Source: an uncultured delta proteobacterium
Lineage (GTDB): Bacteria > Desulfobacterota > RBG-13-43-22
DNA: 64,000 bases
NCBI GenBank assembly: GCA_963843145.1
Contig: CAWJJC010000027.1
Location: 32,001-96,000 of the forward strand
Direction: 5' to 3'
A program made the translations under genes and the position numbers. The notes under the pieces are model-generated. The model was not told the origin of the DNA. It saw nothing but the letters and a program-made list of their open reading frames with translations, and ran no database searches. This document shows positions 60,595-64,000 of this stretch, piece after piece (the stretch's first letter is position 1; every line of letters starts with the position of its first letter).

Positions 60595-61626
60595 TTAGAG
60601 CAGGATCTGGATGGAGGTACGTTCCCGCAATTTGAGCAGCCACTGCCCGGCCCGAGCCTCGACCTCCTCCTGATAAAGCATTTCCTGAATCTTGTCCCGG
60701 ACCTCTTCGAGGCCTTGGGCTTGGGTGGTCTCCCGTTTCACCAATTGAACCAGCCGCCAGCCTTCGGGGAGGCTCAGCACCGGGGTGGTTTCGCCGGGTT
60801 TAAGGGGAGCCAGGGCTTGCGCTAAAGAGGAATCGATCTCCGACAAGGGGAAAAAACCCAAATCCCCCCCCTGGGGGGCGGAAGCATCCCGGGAGAATTT
60901 CTGGGCCAGGGAGGCGAAAGGTTCCCCTTGCCGGAGGAGAGCGGCGATTTCCTCGATTCGGGCTTTGGCGGCCTCCGGGCTGGGATAATCGGCGTTTAAG
61001 ATGGTGATCTGGGCCAAATGGAGCCGCTCCCCCCCTTCAAATTTGGATCTATTTTTCTGGTAGTAGGCGTCGATTTGGTCCTTGGAAAAAATGAGTTTAC
61101 TGCCGACCTCGCGACTGATCAGCTTGAAACGTAAAATCTGATCTTTCAGCCGCGCGCGCAGATCCGTCTCCTTCAGCCCCTCCCGAGCCAGAGCGGCGTC
61201 GAATTCCTGATCGCTTTTCATCCCCTGATCCTGCCGAATCCGGGCGATGGCCTTATCTATTTCTTCCTTGCTGACCTGCAGATTGAGTTTCCGGATCTGG
61301 ACGGCCAATAATTTTTCGTCGATTAGTTGGAAGAGGACCTGTTTTTGGATCTCCGGGTTGTTGGGCGTTCCGGGGGGCAGGACCTCGGCCATCTTTTTTT
61401 CCAATTCCAGCCAGGTAATAATTTCGTTGTTGACCACCGCCACTATGCGATCGGCCACCTCGGCCCGCACGGCGACCGGTGAACCCCACAAAATCAGAAA
61501 AGCCGCGGTCAGGGAGCAGACCGCGAGGATATTGCTTTTCCGTCGGAATCGCAAAAAAGAAGGCCCTGCCGACCAGGGCCTTCCCCAGGTCGACTGTCTG
61601 AACCGGCAACTAATCAGCAATTTCAT
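60595..61626 (-). CDS. SurA/PpiC-type peptidyl-prolyl isomerase
   Basis: [12 protein letters not shown] and F..LAQKFS.D..GGDLGF. Confidence 0.88.
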   Translation of the reverse strand: MKLLISCRFRQSTWGRPWSAGPSFLRFRRKSNILAVCSLTAAFLILWGSPVAVRAEVADRIVAVVNNEIITWLELEKKMAEVLPPGTPNNPEIQKQVLFQLIDEKLLAVQIRKLNLQVSKEEIDKAIARIRQDQGMKSDQEFDAALAREGLKETDLRARLKDQILRFKLISREVGSKLIFSKDQIDAYYQKNRSKFEGGERLHLAQITILNADYPSPEAAKARIEEIAALLRQGEPFASLAQKFSRDASAPQGGDLGFFPLSEIDSSLAQALAPLKPGETTPVLSLPEGWRLVQLVKRETTQAQGLEEVRDKIQEMLYQEEVEARAGQWLLKLRERTSIQILL

Positions 61627-62245
61627 AACCCGCCTTTTTTAGTTCCGCGATGGCCTCTTCCCGCTGTCCGGATTTGATCCGGATATAAACGCGCAACAGG
61701 TCCGTGGTCCTCCGCGGCAAAGAAAACATACTAATAATATTGATCCCCACTTTTTCCACCAGCGTGACGATTTTTCCAAAGGTCCCCGGTTGCAGGTCCA
61801 CGTTTTCCAGGGAGATGATCTCTTTTCTGGCCTCGGTCCCGAAAAGCTGGATCATGGCCCGAGCGATCTGGGTCTCGGTGATAATGCCCACCAACTGGCC
61901 CTGTTCATTCACTACCGGGAAGCCCCCGATCCCTTGTTCTACGCCCCGGACAATGGCTTCAATCACGGTATCTTCCGGGGAGACCGTGATCACCTTCTTT
62001 TTCATTAAGTCTTTGACCTTGATCTTCATGATCAGGTAATTCAATTCATGAATGCTCAAGGAACTGGCGGAGGAAGGGGCGGCCTCGATGAGGTTGCGAA
62101 AGGTCACCATCCCCACCAATTTGCCTTTGTCGACCACCGGAAGTCGTCGGATTTTATTTTCTTTCATGATTTTCTGAGCTTCCACGGCCGAGGTCTCCGG
62201 GGAAACCGTAATGGGGTCTTTGGTCATCCAGTGTTTTACCTTCAT
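61610..62245 (-). CDS. CBS-pair plus ACT domain protein (AcuB-like)
   Basis: MTKDPITV, IRRLPVVD and LVGIITE; C-terminal ACT-like region. Confidence 0.88.
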   Translation of the reverse strand: MKVKHWMTKDPITVSPETSAVEAQKIMKENKIRRLPVVDKGKLVGMVTFRNLIEAAPSSASSLSIHELNYLIMKIKVKDLMKKKVITVSPEDTVIEAIVRGVEQGIGGFPVVNEQGQLVGIITETQIARAMIQLFGTEARKEIISLENVDLQPGTFGKIVTLVEKVGINIISMFSLPRRTTDLLRVYIRIKSGQREEAIAELKKAGYEIAD

Positions 62246-62419
62246 CTGCTCCCTCCTTGGCGTCGTATCAGTTTAATCCGCGGGACTATTACAACTTTCC
62301 TTGAATTTTCTTTTAGTTATTAACAAAAAACCTGATGGGGGTCAATAAAAATAACCGAAAATGGAGCGTTAACGACCCTCTCCCTGAGACCCGGGCGGCC
62401 ACGGAGAAGTGATTTCCGA

Positions 62420-63067
62420 TCAAACCGCATAAAATTTGACGGCCGGCAATTCGATACAGGTTAAACGGTTTCCGTAGACCGCTCCCGTATCAATTCCGAT
62501 TCGTTGGTTATGGATAAAGGGTTGAGGGAAGGGGGTATGTCCAAATACAATCTTCTTTCCAAAATCATAATCGGAATAGAAGAATTCTTCTCGAATCCAA
62601 ATTAAATCGAAAAGGTCCTGGTTCTCCAGGGGGATGCCGTTGCGCAACCCGGCATGGACAAAGACATATTCCTCCCATTCAAAATAGGGCAACAGGGATC
62701 GATAAAAGGCCTGGTGGGCGGCGGGCATCCAGGGTTCAGTCGCTCCCGGCAGGCCGGCGGATTGTGATCCCAGATAACTGCGCAGCGTTTTTTCTCCGCC
62801 GTTATAGAGAAAAGCATCGCTGTTCCGTCCGTCGAGGTATTCCAAAAGCATCTGTTCATGGTTGCCCAACAGAAAGATCGATTCCGGGAGTCGAAGTTTT
62901 AAGTCAACCAGGTAATCCACCACCTCCCGGGAGTGAGCGCCCCGGTCGATGTAATCTCCGATGAAAACCAACAGGTCCTGATCCGGATTGATTTTTATCA
63001 GGTTCATCAGGGGGACTAACTTATCCAGACAACCGTGGATGTCCCCAATGGCGAAGACGCGTTCCAT
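62420..63067 (-). CDS. Metallophosphoesterase (PphA-like Ser/Thr phosphatase family)
   Basis: GDIHG, GDYIDRG, GNHE, FVHAG, GHT and IDTG. Confidence 0.92.
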   Translation of the reverse strand: MERVFAIGDIHGCLDKLVPLMNLIKINPDQDLLVFIGDYIDRGAHSREVVDYLVDLKLRLPESIFLLGNHEQMLLEYLDGRNSDAFLYNGGEKTLRSYLGSQSAGLPGATEPWMPAAHQAFYRSLLPYFEWEEYVFVHAGLRNGIPLENQDLFDLIWIREEFFYSDYDFGKKIVFGHTPFPQPFIHNQRIGIDTGAVYGNRLTCIELPAVKFYAV

Positions 63068-63247
63068 AGGGACTAATTTATCACAACTTGCCGAGCCGGA
63101 AAAGAGTAAAGGTCTTTTTCCTTTTTTATTAATAAGTTAATGGAATAAAAGCCGACCTTTTTGGTTGATTTTTATTTTCAAGGGATTATAATCGGTCCCG
63201 TTCACTTACCGGAACTCCTTATTGGTCAGAGGATTGGAGGATGTTGA

Positions 63248-64000
63248 ATGGGCAAGGGCAAGATCAGGACGGCTATCTGCGGTTTAGGAAATTGTGCCAG
63301 CGCTCTGATTCAAGGCATCGAATACTATCGTCATAATCCTACGGTTCATCTGGGGTTGATGCATAAAAACCTGGGAGGTTACGATCCGGAGGACATCGAG
63401 GTCGTAGCCGCCTTTGACATTGATCGCCGTAAAGTGGGCCGCCCGCTCCAGGAAGCCGTTTTCGCCCTCCCGAACTGCGTCTTTCCCATCTGGAAAGACC
63501 TTCCCGATTACGGCATTACGGTTCAAATGGGACCTCTTTTGGATGGAGTGGCCCCGCATATGCTGGAATATCCGCCGGAGCGGACCTTTCTGCCGGCTGA
63601 AGAACAACCGGTGGAGGTCGAAAGGGTCCTGAGGGAAACCCGGACCGATATTTTAGTCAATTATCTGCCGGTGGGTTCCCGTGAGGCCACCCGTTATTAT
63701 GCCCGTTGCTGTTTGGCGGCCGGGGTCAGTTTGGTCAACTGCATTCCTGAATTTATTGCCTCTAGTCCGGAATGGGCCCAAATGTTTGAGCAAAAAGGGA
63801 TCCCCCTGGTGGGAGACGATATTAAATCTCAGGTGGGAGCGACCATCATTCACCGGATTCTGGCCCATCTTTTTGAAGAGCGGGGCGCCCGGATCCTGCG
63901 GACCTACCAACTGAATACCGGTGGGAATACGGATTTCCTGAATATGCTGGAACGATCCCGTTTAAAAAACAAAAAGATATCCAAAACCGAAGCGGTGCAA
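63248..64000 (+). CDS. ino1: Myo-inositol-1-phosphate synthase (3' partial)
   Basis: Translated by hand: GLGNCASALIQG, VAAFDID, NYLPVGS, GDDIKSQVGAT, QLNTGGNTDFLNM and KISKT. Confidence 0.92.
   Translation, partial: MGKGKIRTAICGLGNCASALIQGIEYYRHNPTVHLGLMHKNLGGYDPEDIEVVAAFDIDRRKVGRPLQEAVFALPNCVFPIWKDLPDYGITVQMGPLLDGVAPHMLEYPPERTFLPAEEQPVEVERVLRETRTDILVNYLPVGSREATRYYARCCLAAGVSLVNCIPEFIASSPEWAQMFEQKGIPLVGDDIKSQVGATIIHRILAHLFEERGARILRTYQLNTGGNTDFLNMLERSRLKNKKISKTEAVQ

Overview
Bacterial chromosomal segment, most consistent with an anaerobic Desulfobacterota/'deltaproteobacterium' (korDABC, multiheme cytochrome c, HcrB-type reductase, sigma54-type promoter, many palindromic and heptamer intergenic repeats). 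From left to right it contains: the 3' end of a xanthine-dehydrogenase-family (4-hydroxybenzoyl-CoA reductase-like) operon plus a MoaD-like gene; a decayed group II intron nested inside repeats; a saccharopine-dehydrogenase-like gene and a class III aminotransferase; an anaerobic ergothioneine pair (metallopterin/cysteine-desulfurase fusion plus egtD); an mla operon whose MlaF carries a degenerate GGDEF-like tail; a sugar ABC transporter; korDABC; a porin; an L,D-transpeptidase; cysK; an ADP-forming acyl-CoA ligase; recD2; vapBC; an ArnT-like transferase; ttcA; a cytochrome c/heme-MCP pair; nifU; a small accessory block next to rlmH with a single ORF joining a DndC-like sulfurtransferase to an SBD-HNH nuclease; and housekeeping genes (thrC, ftsY, smc, glyS, glyQ, recO, asnS, surA-like, ino1). 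The best candidates for novelty are the DndC-SBD-HNH fusion and a pair of inverted structured motifs at 12.2-12.5 kb. Several genes carry 1-bp indels that may be sequencing errors, so fusions and pseudogene calls need read-level checks. All calls come from motif recognition by eye; no database searches were run.
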